A stretch of 64,000 nucleotides of DNA from a gamma proteobacterium symbiont of Ctena orbiculata (GTDB lineage Bacteria > Pseudomonadota > Gammaproteobacteria > Chromatiales > Chromatiaceae), in the NCBI GenBank assembly GCA_003094535.1, contig NATV01000102.1, forward strand, positions 6,507 to 70,506. The letters run 5' to 3'. Within the stretch, counting starts at the first letter, position 1. The number at the start of each line of letters is the position of its first letter. Position numbers and translations under genes: made by a program. Shown here one piece after another: positions 17,156 to 26,267 of this stretch. Below the pieces are notes generated by a model, which searched no databases, had not been told where the DNA came from, and saw only the letters and a program-made list of their open reading frames with translations.

Positions 17156-19966
17156 CTACAGATCCCGCACCAGTCGAACATAATTATAGATCCGCACGGC
17201 ATCTCCTTGCGGACTCATATCGAAATAGTAACCGTCATTCACATAGCTATACCGTCTGAAGTCCGCCTCCTTGCTGTCACTGCGCTGCGCCCCTGCGCCG
17301 TGAACATCCATCCAAGTCGAGTTCATGTAGCCCATGGCTCGACCGAAGCAGATATAGACCGCGGAGCTTCCCGATCCGTCGGAACGGATATGGGTGGTAC
17401 CGGTCCAGAACCAGGGATAGTCCGACTCACCCCCTTCATTTACGATCGATGTGATGTTGAACAGCGGATCGATGGCCGCACTGCCGGTTGCACCCGGGGC
17501 CCGCGAGTAGTCGAGTAGGCTCTGCATCTCCTTCGCGTTCGGCAGCCGCCAATCACTGTAGCCCAGATGATCCTCTGCGTTCTTCTGCTCGACCCATGCC
17601 AGGGCATCCGTCCAGGCCATTCCGCTGCCGCTGTCGTCCTGGGACCACATCAGGCCGGTTGCGTTATCGCTGATCGTACCGTCACCGTTGTCGGTGAAAT
17701 CATTGACGCCATAGGCCGTGTTGCCGCGCACCAAGTAGACGTAGTTGGTTTTGACGACCCCTCCGCTACCGCTGGGGTAGCCCTTGATTCTGCCATCTGC
17801 GAGGTTGAGACCAAAGGTCGCCTGCTGACTGTCGAAGACGTAGTCCACATAGCGATTGCTGGACCAGAACTGGGCATCGATCACACGCTCGCCGGCCGCC
17901 GTATCGCCATAGGCGAATTCGAAATAGTCTGTATCGATAAACGGGATCAGCTGGCTGGTATCATCGCTCATTGGATCAGTGCCGTTGAAGTTCATCAATG
18001 AATAGAGCTCTTTCATCGTCGGCAGGCGCCAATCGCTGTAGCCGCCGTAGACCTGCGTGTTGCGTGTCCCGGGATAGCTCTGGGCCTCATCGAAGGTCAG
18101 CTTGTCATCTGCATCGATATCACCATCCCCATCCAGGTCCGCTGTTTGCGTCCAGGTAAGACCGGTGACCTTATCATAGACGGTCAAGCCATCGTCGCTG
18201 TGACTGTAGCTCGGCTGGTTGCCATCGAATTGGGCATCCTGGCCATGGAATGTATCGCCCTCGCTTGGTGTGGCGATCTCGCTGCTGTTGTCGAAGAACC
18301 GCTGCTGGCCCGTATCGACAATCGGGTAGTCCAACGAATTGGTCTCACCATCGGTTACCGTAACCGTAGTGGTCTCTGCATCCATTTTGCCGGCATCGTC
18401 GGTGACTTGCAGCGCGATCGTGAAAATCCCCGCTTCAGTCGCTGAAAAGTCAGCGGTGATACCCGTGGCATCGTCATACTCACCGTCATTATCCAGATCC
18501 CAGGCATAGCTGGCGATCCAGCCGTCGCTGTCCCGTGATGCCGAGCCATCCAGGGCGATCATGGTACTCAGCTGCGCACTATAGGGTCCACCGGCATCGG
18601 CTTCAGGCGACAGATTCGTGGTCTCATCGTCCAGCGGCGTGCCATCAAAACCCGGGGAGTCGGCGCTGTAACGCTCTACCCTGAATACCGCCCCGCTGAT
18701 TTGATAATCCCAGACAGTCTCACCCGCTGAGGTGACCTCGAAGAAATAACCATCGGGCCCGTCGCAGATCAAGGTGTTGCCGTTGGCGAGGCGCTGCTGG
18801 CCGGAGATATTCATGGCATAGAAATCGGTGGGCGTTTCAGCCGTATAGCTCCATACCGCCTCATCGGGTCCATAGGCCGCACCCGCGACATGGCCATAGC
18901 TGCCATCCTCTTCCAGGGGGGGTGTGATCTCTTCGATGGATGAGTAGTCGCCCTCGGGACGCCCGCCTCCGTTATTGAAGATCAACAGATTCCCCTCGCC
19001 GGGATAATCCGTTTCGATCCACTCGGCATCGTGGGGAACGAAAAGTCGCTGGTCATCACTGTTCCCCGTGCCATAGGCCCGGGGATTTCCCCAACGATAG
19101 AGGAGATCGCCTCCCCTGCCGCTGTTGCCCCCCGTATGTCCCGCCGCCTCGGCGGTGGTGGTGCTGTGATCGATGATCCAGATCTCGCTGAAGTTGTGCA
19201 CGGTGAGCAGGATCTGGTCGAGTTCGGCGTTGTAGTCGATGGCGTTGATATGGTGCCAATCGGCATTGCCGTTCATGGCATGGTTGAGGTCAATCAACTC
19301 CGGATGGTCGGCGACCACGCCATAGTTGGGTTTGCCGGGATCGTAGTCCTGCACCAGATGATCCCAACTCTGCCACTGCCAGACAATCTCTCCCGAGTCG
19401 GCGCCCGTGGGCCGGACCTCGATGACGCTGTCGGGCCAGAGCTCGCCCTCGGTCAGCAGCGACGGATCGCGGCCGGCGGCAATCGCCTCGGCTTCGCTCT
19501 TGAGTTGCCAGGCGACCATCAGCAGATTGCCGTTGGGCAGCATCTCGACGTCGTGATGCTGAAGATGGGTACCGCTGGAATAATGGTACTCCCAGGTCAC
19601 CTCACCGTCCCAGTCGAGGGTCTGCACCACACCGCCCGCGCCCCCCGCATCGAATCGGCTGTTGCCGATGTTTCCGGTATGCAGCAGTTCACCCGCTTGC
19701 AACAGGTAGACCGCATTGCCCGGCGGATAGTCACTCGCCCAGGAGTGAACCACACTCCCCTCGTTGTCCATCAGGTAGGTGGTGGTTGAATCCAGGGAGG
19801 CAAACAGGTTGTAACCGTCCAGCGACAGGCCCTGCTGCTCAACCACACCACTCGCCTGACCATCACTGTCCGATGAACCGCCGCCACATCCCAGCAGAAC
19901 AATTGACAGCAGAAGGGAGAGGTAATAACCGGCAAGCTTCTCTCTGTGCATCTCCATACTAACCAC
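17156..19966 (-). CDS. Lipoprotein: aryl-sulfate sulfotransferase-like beta-propeller + PKD + two DUF1566 (Lcl C-terminal) domains
   Basis: Lipobox VLLGC; QHHDVEML, WHHINAIDY, DLLYRWGNP, HDAEW; PEADAGGPY...YAWDLD; TVYDKVTGLTW...WRLPTMKEL and ISDNATGLMW...WRLPNAKE. Confidence 0.85.
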   Translation of the reverse strand: MVSMEMHREKLAGYYLSLLLSIVLLGCGGGSSDSDGQASGVVEQQGLSLDGYNLFASLDSTTTYLMDNEGSVVHSWASDYPPGNAVYLLQAGELLHTGNIGNSRFDAGGAGGVVQTLDWDGEVTWEYHYSSGTHLQHHDVEMLPNGNLLMVAWQLKSEAEAIAAGRDPSLLTEGELWPDSVIEVRPTGADSGEIVWQWQSWDHLVQDYDPGKPNYGVVADHPELIDLNHAMNGNADWHHINAIDYNAELDQILLTVHNFSEIWIIDHSTTTAEAAGHTGGNSGRGGDLLYRWGNPRAYGTGNSDDQRLFVPHDAEWIETDYPGEGNLLIFNNGGGRPEGDYSSIEEITPPLEEDGSYGHVAGAAYGPDEAVWSYTAETPTDFYAMNISGQQRLANGNTLICDGPDGYFFEVTSAGETVWDYQISGAVFRVERYSADSPGFDGTPLDDETTNLSPEADAGGPYSAQLSTMIALDGSASRDSDGWIASYAWDLDNDGEYDDATGITADFSATEAGIFTIALQVTDDAGKMDAETTTVTVTDGETNSLDYPIVDTGQQRFFDNSSEIATPSEGDTFHGQDAQFDGNQPSYSHSDDGLTVYDKVTGLTWTQTADLDGDGDIDADDKLTFDEAQSYPGTRNTQVYGGYSDWRLPTMKELYSLMNFNGTDPMSDDTSQLIPFIDTDYFEFAYGDTAAGERVIDAQFWSSNRYVDYVFDSQQATFGLNLADGRIKGYPSGSGGVVKTNYVYLVRGNTAYGVNDFTDNGDGTISDNATGLMWSQDDSGSGMAWTDALAWVEQKNAEDHLGYSDWRLPNAKEMQSLLDYSRAPGATGSAAIDPLFNITSIVNEGGESDYPWFWTGTTHIRSDGSGSSAVYICFGRAMGYMNSTWMDVHGAGAQRSDSKEADFRRYSYVNDGYYFDMSPQGDAVRIYNYVRLVRDL

Positions 19967-20007
19967 CTCGCAGCCTTTATACCGATCCCATGCGTAGACC
20001 CTTTTTG

Positions 20008-20352
20008 TTAACGCCGGCCGCCCGGTCGTCCTGTCCTCTCATGCCAAAGACGATAGGCCTCAAGCTGTTCGATCTGTGTTTCGCTCAGCACGGCAGAGAG
20101 CCGCTCGAGGGTCTCCGCGCGATGCTGATCCATTTCGTCGTGGTGGCGCTTGTGCAGCAACAGGCGGCTCTGAAATCGTTCTTCCAGAATTGTCTGCAGG
20201 GTGGCCGACTGCTCATCGCTAAGCTCCAGCTGCCGCTGCAGAGACTCGCTATCGGATCCACTGCATGCGCCGCCAAACGGCGGCATGGCAGTGGCCGAAC
20301 TCGCCGTGAAAATAAATAAAACCAGAGATGCGAACAGTGTTTTATTCTTCAT
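20008..20352 (-). CDS. Small periplasmic Spy/CpxP-like helical protein
   Basis: Signal peptide; LQRQLELSDEQ and VLSETQ LTxxQ-like motifs. Confidence 0.7.
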   Translation of the reverse strand: MKNKTLFASLVLFIFTASSATAMPPFGGACSGSDSESLQRQLELSDEQSATLQTILEERFQSRLLLHKRHHDEMDQHRAETLERLSAVLSETQIEQLEAYRLWHERTGRPGGRR

Positions 20353-20487
20353 CTATCACTCCAGGATCAGGTGTATTGTTGAACTACATCGAGCCGATCA
20401 ACCAGGCCCGTTCAATTTCGAGTCTAAGCAGCGATATCGCAGGGATAGAGGAGAAAGTGTGGAGAAATTGTAGAGATGTGGCCAGGT

Positions 20488-21504
20488 CTAACGATGACAG
20501 CTATAGGGCCAGATCATGCGTGTATCAGGCGGATACAACTCGCCGTTTTCCAACAGGTAGGAGATGGGGACAGCCTTCTCCTGCTTTGGCAGCGTCGCCA
20601 TGCTCTGTGAATCGACAGGCATGGACTTCCGAAACAGCGCATTCGGATCCATCCAGTGCGCCTCGTAGGGAATCACCATGGTACCGTTGTCGTAATAGTT
20701 CTCGTTGCTGGTGTAGAGGATGTCGAAGTGGAGCACCGGACGGCGGGATTTCCTGCAGATCTCGTGTTTCAGCTCGCAGCTCAAGACCCCGGTATTGCCG
20801 GTGGGACCGATGATATCGCCCATCTTCAGGCGCTGTCCCACCTCGACCTCGGGCATGCGTTGGAAATGGGTGTAGCGACTGTAGAGATGGAGTGGTAAAC
20901 CACTCTCCTCCGGCGTATGCCGCATCACCACTTCGATACCGCGGGGACTGCGTTTACCCTCGTAGACCGCGATCACCTCGCCATCCATCACCGCGTGGAT
21001 GGGTGTACCGAACGGAGCGGGGATATCGACACCGCCGTGGTAGGCCTGCTTGGGGCGCAGACGGGAGTAGTCCATGGCATACCAGTGATCGATTCCACGG
21101 CATGTGACATCCTTATCCCACACGGGATAGAGACCGGTTTCGATCAGGCCGCGATCTTTCAGATCCTGCACATTGTCATGACGCCCGCGGCGTATGGCAC
21201 TGATGGAGACCGGGTCAGGCAGTTCGATGCCGCTCTCGGGATCAGGCACTTTCTCACCAAGCCGTAGCTGCAGTTCATAAAAGGAAATGGCGCCGTCTCC
21301 ATCCAGATCGACCTTGTCGAATATCCGCTTTTTGCGCCACTCCTCCCGGCTGATGCTTGCATCGCCGTTACGATCCAGTTTTGACATGATTCCCGCGGCT
21401 GTCTTTTGCGCGCAAACTTCCGCCGAGAGTGCGGTGAGAACAGATACAAAAAGTAGCCTGAATGCAGTGGAAGGATTACACCTCACAGTAGTCTTGCGTC
21501 CCAT
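20488..21504 (-). CDS. M23 family peptidase with N-terminal EF-hands
   Basis: DRNGDASISREEW and DLDGDGAISFYEL; YHGGVDI, GTPIHAVMDG, YTHF, IGPTGNTG, LHF. Confidence 0.85.
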   Translation of the reverse strand: MGRKTTVRCNPSTAFRLLFVSVLTALSAEVCAQKTAAGIMSKLDRNGDASISREEWRKKRIFDKVDLDGDGAISFYELQLRLGEKVPDPESGIELPDPVSISAIRRGRHDNVQDLKDRGLIETGLYPVWDKDVTCRGIDHWYAMDYSRLRPKQAYHGGVDIPAPFGTPIHAVMDGEVIAVYEGKRSPRGIEVVMRHTPEESGLPLHLYSRYTHFQRMPEVEVGQRLKMGDIIGPTGNTGVLSCELKHEICRKSRRPVLHFDILYTSNENYYDNGTMVIPYEAHWMDPNALFRKSMPVDSQSMATLPKQEKAVPISYLLENGELYPPDTRMIWPYSCHR

Positions 21505-21653
21505 CAGCTATCACCCCAGAACCTGTTTGCCTTCTTGAGAATAAGGCTCAGGACATTGGAGCTGCCCGGAAAGTCCCTGTCCAGATCGGCGCACGCCAAA
21601 AAACAGCTCCCTGTCGCGTTCTGAATATTGGTGAATCCAGCGTTTCAGCCCTC

Positions 21654-22145
21654 TCACTCTTGCGGACTGACCGAAGCCTTGCTCCGCTCCATGGCCTGCT
21701 GTGCCAGGTAGCTTTCGCCGAAGCGTTTCACATTGTCGCTCTCACTGTCGAACTGACCGAAGTGGCGCTCTTCATCCATGACCAGATCCTCGAACAACTT
21801 TTTGGTTGCGGAGTCCGCATGGCTGGCGCACTCGAGAGCGAATCCGTTATACATTTTGATCGCAGACTGCTCGGAGTTGTCGGCCCATTCCAACATCGCC
21901 TTGACATCATGGATCGGCTCCACTTTTTCAGCCGCTTGCAGGACCACATCCCCCTTGAGAAAAAGAATCCGGTCGGCGAGGCGCTCGATGTGCATCATCT
22001 CTTCGATGGCAGTGCGTTTGAACAGGGCCGACAGCAGTTCGATGCCTTGGTCATCGCAGTGGAAGTGGAAGTACATATATTGATGAACCGCCGTCAGTTC
22101 ATCGGCTACCGCTTGATTCAACAGTTCGATGCTCTTTTCGTACAT
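21654..22145 (-). CDS. bfr: Bacterioferritin
   Basis: Start reassigned to MYEKSIELLN; DELTAVHQY, EEMMH, EQSAIKMY, DEERH ferroxidase ligands. Confidence 0.9.
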   Translation of the reverse strand: MYEKSIELLNQAVADELTAVHQYMYFHFHCDDQGIELLSALFKRTAIEEMMHIERLADRILFLKGDVVLQAAEKVEPIHDVKAMLEWADNSEQSAIKMYNGFALECASHADSATKKLFEDLVMDEERHFGQFDSESDNVKRFGESYLAQQAMERSKASVSPQE

Positions 22146-22276
22146 TTTGATTTTACATCCTTCAAGAATAATTCTAGTCAGAGGAGAGAATACAACATCT
22201 GCTCCAGGATGGTATGCCCACGGTGGCTTTTCACCATAATTGTCGGGGCCAAGCCCTACCCTGCCCATTCAAACTA

Positions 22277-22308
22277 GGCATAGCGTGCGGCTCGCCGTAC
22301 CCTATGCC
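22277..22308. repeat. REP-like imperfect palindrome
   Basis: GGCATAG-C-GTGCGGC-TC-GCCGTAC-C-CTATGCC; only one copy noticed in the window. Confidence 0.45.
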
Positions 22309-22393
22309 CAACACCCCCCGACGACGACGCTTACACCACCGAACGACCAAACAAACAACAGAGACAAAAAATGACTGAGGGGATTAATTTATC

Positions 22394-22412
22394 GATAATT
22401 ACTATCACTATA
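22394..22412. promoter_or_regulatory. Fur-type box
   Basis: GATAATTACTATCACTATA, 14/19 match to GATAATGATAATCATTATC, in an AT-rich patch upstream of bfr. Confidence 0.6.
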
Positions 22413-22482
22413 TTAATTATTAACGATTTTAACAATCACAAGTCCTGCGCTAGAGTGTTGGGTAGCAGAGAGGAGCCAAACA

Positions 22483-22731
22483 CTGACAGCACAGCTGCAA
22501 AGCGTCCGCCATATCGCTGTCGGGATTGGGTTCAAATCTGGTCCAATCATCCGCAGGCTTGCGCTTTTGGCCAGCCTGATCACAGCAATCTCGGTCGTGC
22601 CGGAGGGTTGGGCCGGCACACTCAACGCGTTCAGCGAGGCCTACCTGACGGTCTTCGTTATTGGCGCCACCCTCTACAGTGCCGTACCGGCTATTCCGGT
22701 GGCTTATGCCAGATACATTGTTACGGAATGA
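22483..22731 (+). pseudogene. Truncated membrane-protein fragment resembling the N-terminus of DUF2899 (putative Mn/heavy-metal transporter)
   Basis: GAGGAG RBS 7 nt before a CTG; 82 codons RRLALLASLITAISVVPEGWAGTLNAFSEAYLTVFVIGATLY, similar to the remembered DAYLQVxVFVAATL motif. Confidence 0.4.
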
Positions 22732-22749
22732 GTGTTTAAAGGGTAAGCA

Positions 22750-23235
22750 ATGAGCAATAACGAAAACATTTTTATCAGAGCCATGAAAAAGGGCGACATC
22801 GATTCAGTCAATGCAATCATCGAGGCCTGTGTCATGGGCTGGGATCTGCCTGAACGGGTAAAACGCCTCTCCCTCGGCAGTTACCGCTACACAGAACATG
22901 ACCTGGACCATCTAACGGCCGTGGTTGCAGTGATGACAGGGAATGGGATTGTTGGGATCGCCACCTGGAATTTCACAGCTGCCGAGGATCTTCCGAAAAA
23001 TCAGCACGGGATGCAGCTCCATGGACTCTATGTCGCACCACGACATCAAAGGCGCGGAGTCGGAAGCCGCCTGATCAACTGCGCGCTGGAAGCTGCGCGA
23101 GAGCAAGGGATGGAGGGTTTGACGGTAAAGGCGCAGAGTGACGCAACAGGTTATTTTCAGTCACGGGGATTCACCAACCTGCCGGTTGAAAACGAGGAAA
23201 GGGATTATCCCCACAGATTGTGGTTAGCGGTATAA
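22750..23235 (+). CDS. GNAT family N-acetyltransferase
   Basis: LHGLYVAPRHQRRGVGSRL acetyl-CoA motif, YFQSRGF. Confidence 0.9.
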   Translation: MSNNENIFIRAMKKGDIDSVNAIIEACVMGWDLPERVKRLSLGSYRYTEHDLDHLTAVVAVMTGNGIVGIATWNFTAAEDLPKNQHGMQLHGLYVAPRHQRRGVGSRLINCALEAAREQGMEGLTVKAQSDATGYFQSRGFTNLPVENEERDYPHRLWLAV

Positions 23236-23367
23236 CGCCTTTTTAACTCTCTGCTTGGTAATGGCACTTCAGATGGAAGCTTAAACGACTCACCGCTTTC
23301 ACTTCGAGTGCATCGTCAATAATGTAAGGTCCTGGTCCTTTCCCAATGGTTACTGGATTTTTACGAT

Positions 23368-23382
23368 TTTACAGTTGTTTAC
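23368..23382. promoter_or_regulatory. Possible OmpR-family (CpxR-like) direct-repeat site
   Basis: TTTAC-AGTTG-TTTAC, i.e. GTAAA-N5-GTAAA on the minus strand, with further TTTAC copies nearby. Confidence 0.3.
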
Positions 23383-23646
23383 AATTCGGGGACCGTCGAT
23401 TTACAGATCCTGATCCAGCACGTCAATCCGCTCGATACAACGCAACTTATGTGACGGTTAGTTTTTGATTCATTTTACTTTTTTTGCAACCACGGGGCCC
23501 CGAAAGATCATCCCAACCCTACGCCCAGCCACTGACCGACCGCAGTCGGGACTGCCAAGCCCAACCTTTTCGCATTCCGGACACCGGCGATCATCAAAAC
23601 CGCTAAAGATTGTGACTTTCCTGGCGATATACCTGTAACAAAAATT

Positions 23647-26139
23647 TTGTCGATAACAGTAACGACCACTCTGATGCAAACGAAAAGAATACAATCAGAA
23701 GGGACGAACAACACCGGGCAGGGATCCAACGCTTCAATCGAGTTTCTTCAACGTGTCGAGCGCCAGCGCCTCGACAGCGAGTGCCTGTGCCCGCTCGATC
23801 TCAGGGCGCATGTAGAACATCCATGTAAACGCTTTTCCTATCGCGGCCGCACCCTGTGGCTCGATACGGAGGCGCACCGGCTTTTCCTTGACGGCTTGAG
23901 GAAAAATGCGGGGGTGTTTACCGTTGAGACCTATGAAACCATTCTCAGGCGCTATGTCGGCGAAATAACGGAATCAAACCACATAGGCAGCTTGAAAAAG
24001 TATAACGACACAACCGGCGTATCTCAATCTACTGCCCAGGGAGCAATTGGCTCCAGCTCCGCTTCTGCTGCGGATCGGCCCGGTTACAATCGTGCAATCG
24101 ACCTCTCCTATTTCGAAAAAAGGATCTATGACCGATATAAAATCACCCTGAACATGGATTTGATCTGGAATGGCCAGACCTACGCCGCTGAAACCCGTGA
24201 CATCTCCCAATCGGGTTTGCAACTCCGTTTGAAGACACCCATTGACGTTTCAGAGAGTGACCTGGTGCGGGTCGATGTCATGCCCTCGGTCTGGCGCCAG
24301 CTTGACCATCCAGAGATCAATTACCGCGTTGTGCGGATTCGGCGCCTGTTGAACGATACCCTTCTGGCGCTGCAGTGTGTTGAGAGTGAAGCGAAGGATG
24401 GGCTGGCGGTTATATCAGAACACATCAAGGGTTCTGCGCAGACGGCCATGTCTGAACAGACCGACCCGGAAGATGCCCTGCTCACGGCACAGGCATTGCT
24501 GGCGGAACGTTTCTATATGCGATCCACATCCATAATGCCCTTCTTCATATTTGATAGCCAGGACGGCGAATCGCCTCTGCGTATCATTTTTGGCAATCAG
24601 GTTAATCTGCGCTCCCTGAACGCATTCAACAACGCTCAGGGCGTGTTCGATTTCACTACCCTGGTCACAGCCAAACGTATAAAGCTATTGACCAGGCTGG
24701 CAATAAGGGACAGCAAGGCAGACACCCTGATCGCGGTCTATCGTTCCCCGGATCATGAGAAACCGAAGATCGTAGCCGATCTTGAGTGCACGAGCCATAG
24801 ACAGTGGTGTCAACTCCTGAAGCGATACATGTATCAGCCGTTTTTCCGTGTATTCAAGATTGTTGCACGGGTAGCCAACAGGCCTGTGGAGATGCGAATC
24901 GATGAGGCACTGGCACCGCTTCCCGATGAGAGTGACAAATTCGTCCGCAAGCTGCTCATGGATGCCATATCGCTGTCATTCGTCGGCGCCATGATCGACG
25001 TAACTGACCAGGTTCACAAATGGCGCCATGGCGACTGCAACTCTGAACAGAACACATTTGAGAACCCGACCATCTATAGCGAATACCAGCACTCCCTAAC
25101 ACCTCCTCAAATGGTGCCCATCCACTATATCCAGGAAAAGCGAAGCGAAGACCGCTACCTGGGACAGATGCAGGTCGAGGTCGATATTAATGGACAACGC
25201 TATCCCGGCAAGACCCGTGATGTATCGGCTCATGGATTGTCTGTTGAAATCGCAGACTCGAATTTCTCTCATGTCGGCAAGGGTAAGGCTAAGGTGACCT
25301 TTACGAAACTTGAGGCGCGAAGCTCGAGCATGAGCCGTATTAAAGGCACCTTTCGCAAGGTTCCGGCTGAAATTGTCGGCGGGGCGGCGACCGGGGAACA
25401 AGTGTTGCGCCTCAAAATCAGCGATACCCCGAAAGGCAACCAGTTTTCCCATGCGTTTTCCGGTTTCTTGGCCAAACGTCAATCAGACCTGCGTCTGGAA
25501 ACCTCGCATACACTACGTGCCGTCACCTCACGCCTCTACTCATCGATCTTCATCGAAAGCACCGCGACCCTACCCCTCTTCATCTATTGCAGATCACAGA
25601 ACGACTGGACCTTCAGACTGGGTATCACTTCCTCTCCCTCTCCCCTGGTTGACTATTTCGAGGTCGCTGACGGCGAGTTCGATTTCAGTGTAATGACCAT
25701 GAATGGCCGCTTGCAGTGGATAATGCAGAAGGTGATCGAATCCGGTTCGGCTGAGATCATCCTTTACCTCAGTAAAGAACGTCGTGGAGACGCGGCTGAG
25801 TTCAAAATCGACTCTCTGGTCGACTTTGAAATCGACGATGAATCACAACGATCTGATTTCGTGCGCCGCGCCATGGAGCACGACTTTCGTTGCGTCAAGC
25901 TGATCGTGAATCAACCGGATGTACCGCCGAAGGCCGAGATCGAACAGGCAATCGACCGGCTGGTAAAACTCTCCCCGGGCAGGAGCAAACGCCTGAAGAC
26001 CGAGTTCGAAAACCTGATTGCCATCGGTGATGCAGTGGATATCACCGGACTGGTGGAGGACGTATGGACCGATGGGCCTTCCCAAAGTGACGCTGAAGAG
26101 ATCATCGGATTAGATGAAAAGTATGGCATCAGCGAATAG
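23647..26139 (+). CDS. Large protein with two PilZ domains
   Basis: RIYDRY...TRDISQSGL and EKRSEDRY...TRDVSAHGL (RxxxR and DxSxxG); start may be MQTKR at 23674. Confidence 0.82.
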   Translation: MSITVTTTLMQTKRIQSEGTNNTGQGSNASIEFLQRVERQRLDSECLCPLDLRAHVEHPCKRFSYRGRTLWLDTEAHRLFLDGLRKNAGVFTVETYETILRRYVGEITESNHIGSLKKYNDTTGVSQSTAQGAIGSSSASAADRPGYNRAIDLSYFEKRIYDRYKITLNMDLIWNGQTYAAETRDISQSGLQLRLKTPIDVSESDLVRVDVMPSVWRQLDHPEINYRVVRIRRLLNDTLLALQCVESEAKDGLAVISEHIKGSAQTAMSEQTDPEDALLTAQALLAERFYMRSTSIMPFFIFDSQDGESPLRIIFGNQVNLRSLNAFNNAQGVFDFTTLVTAKRIKLLTRLAIRDSKADTLIAVYRSPDHEKPKIVADLECTSHRQWCQLLKRYMYQPFFRVFKIVARVANRPVEMRIDEALAPLPDESDKFVRKLLMDAISLSFVGAMIDVTDQVHKWRHGDCNSEQNTFENPTIYSEYQHSLTPPQMVPIHYIQEKRSEDRYLGQMQVEVDINGQRYPGKTRDVSAHGLSVEIADSNFSHVGKGKAKVTFTKLEARSSSMSRIKGTFRKVPAEIVGGAATGEQVLRLKISDTPKGNQFSHAFSGFLAKRQSDLRLETSHTLRAVTSRLYSSIFIESTATLPLFIYCRSQNDWTFRLGITSSPSPLVDYFEVADGEFDFSVMTMNGRLQWIMQKVIESGSAEIILYLSKERRGDAAEFKIDSLVDFEIDDESQRSDFVRRAMEHDFRCVKLIVNQPDVPPKAEIEQAIDRLVKLSPGRSKRLKTEFENLIAIGDAVDITGLVEDVWTDGPSQSDAEEIIGLDEKYGISE

Positions 26140-26267
26140 AGACAACCCAGGTCGACGCCACGATTCAAGCCATCGATGAAATCGCCGTTTATCCTGCACC
26201 GCATGGTGTCCGCATCGGCGTAAAACAGGCCCAGGCGATCTGGTGGCAGCTGTGTATATTGATTGTT

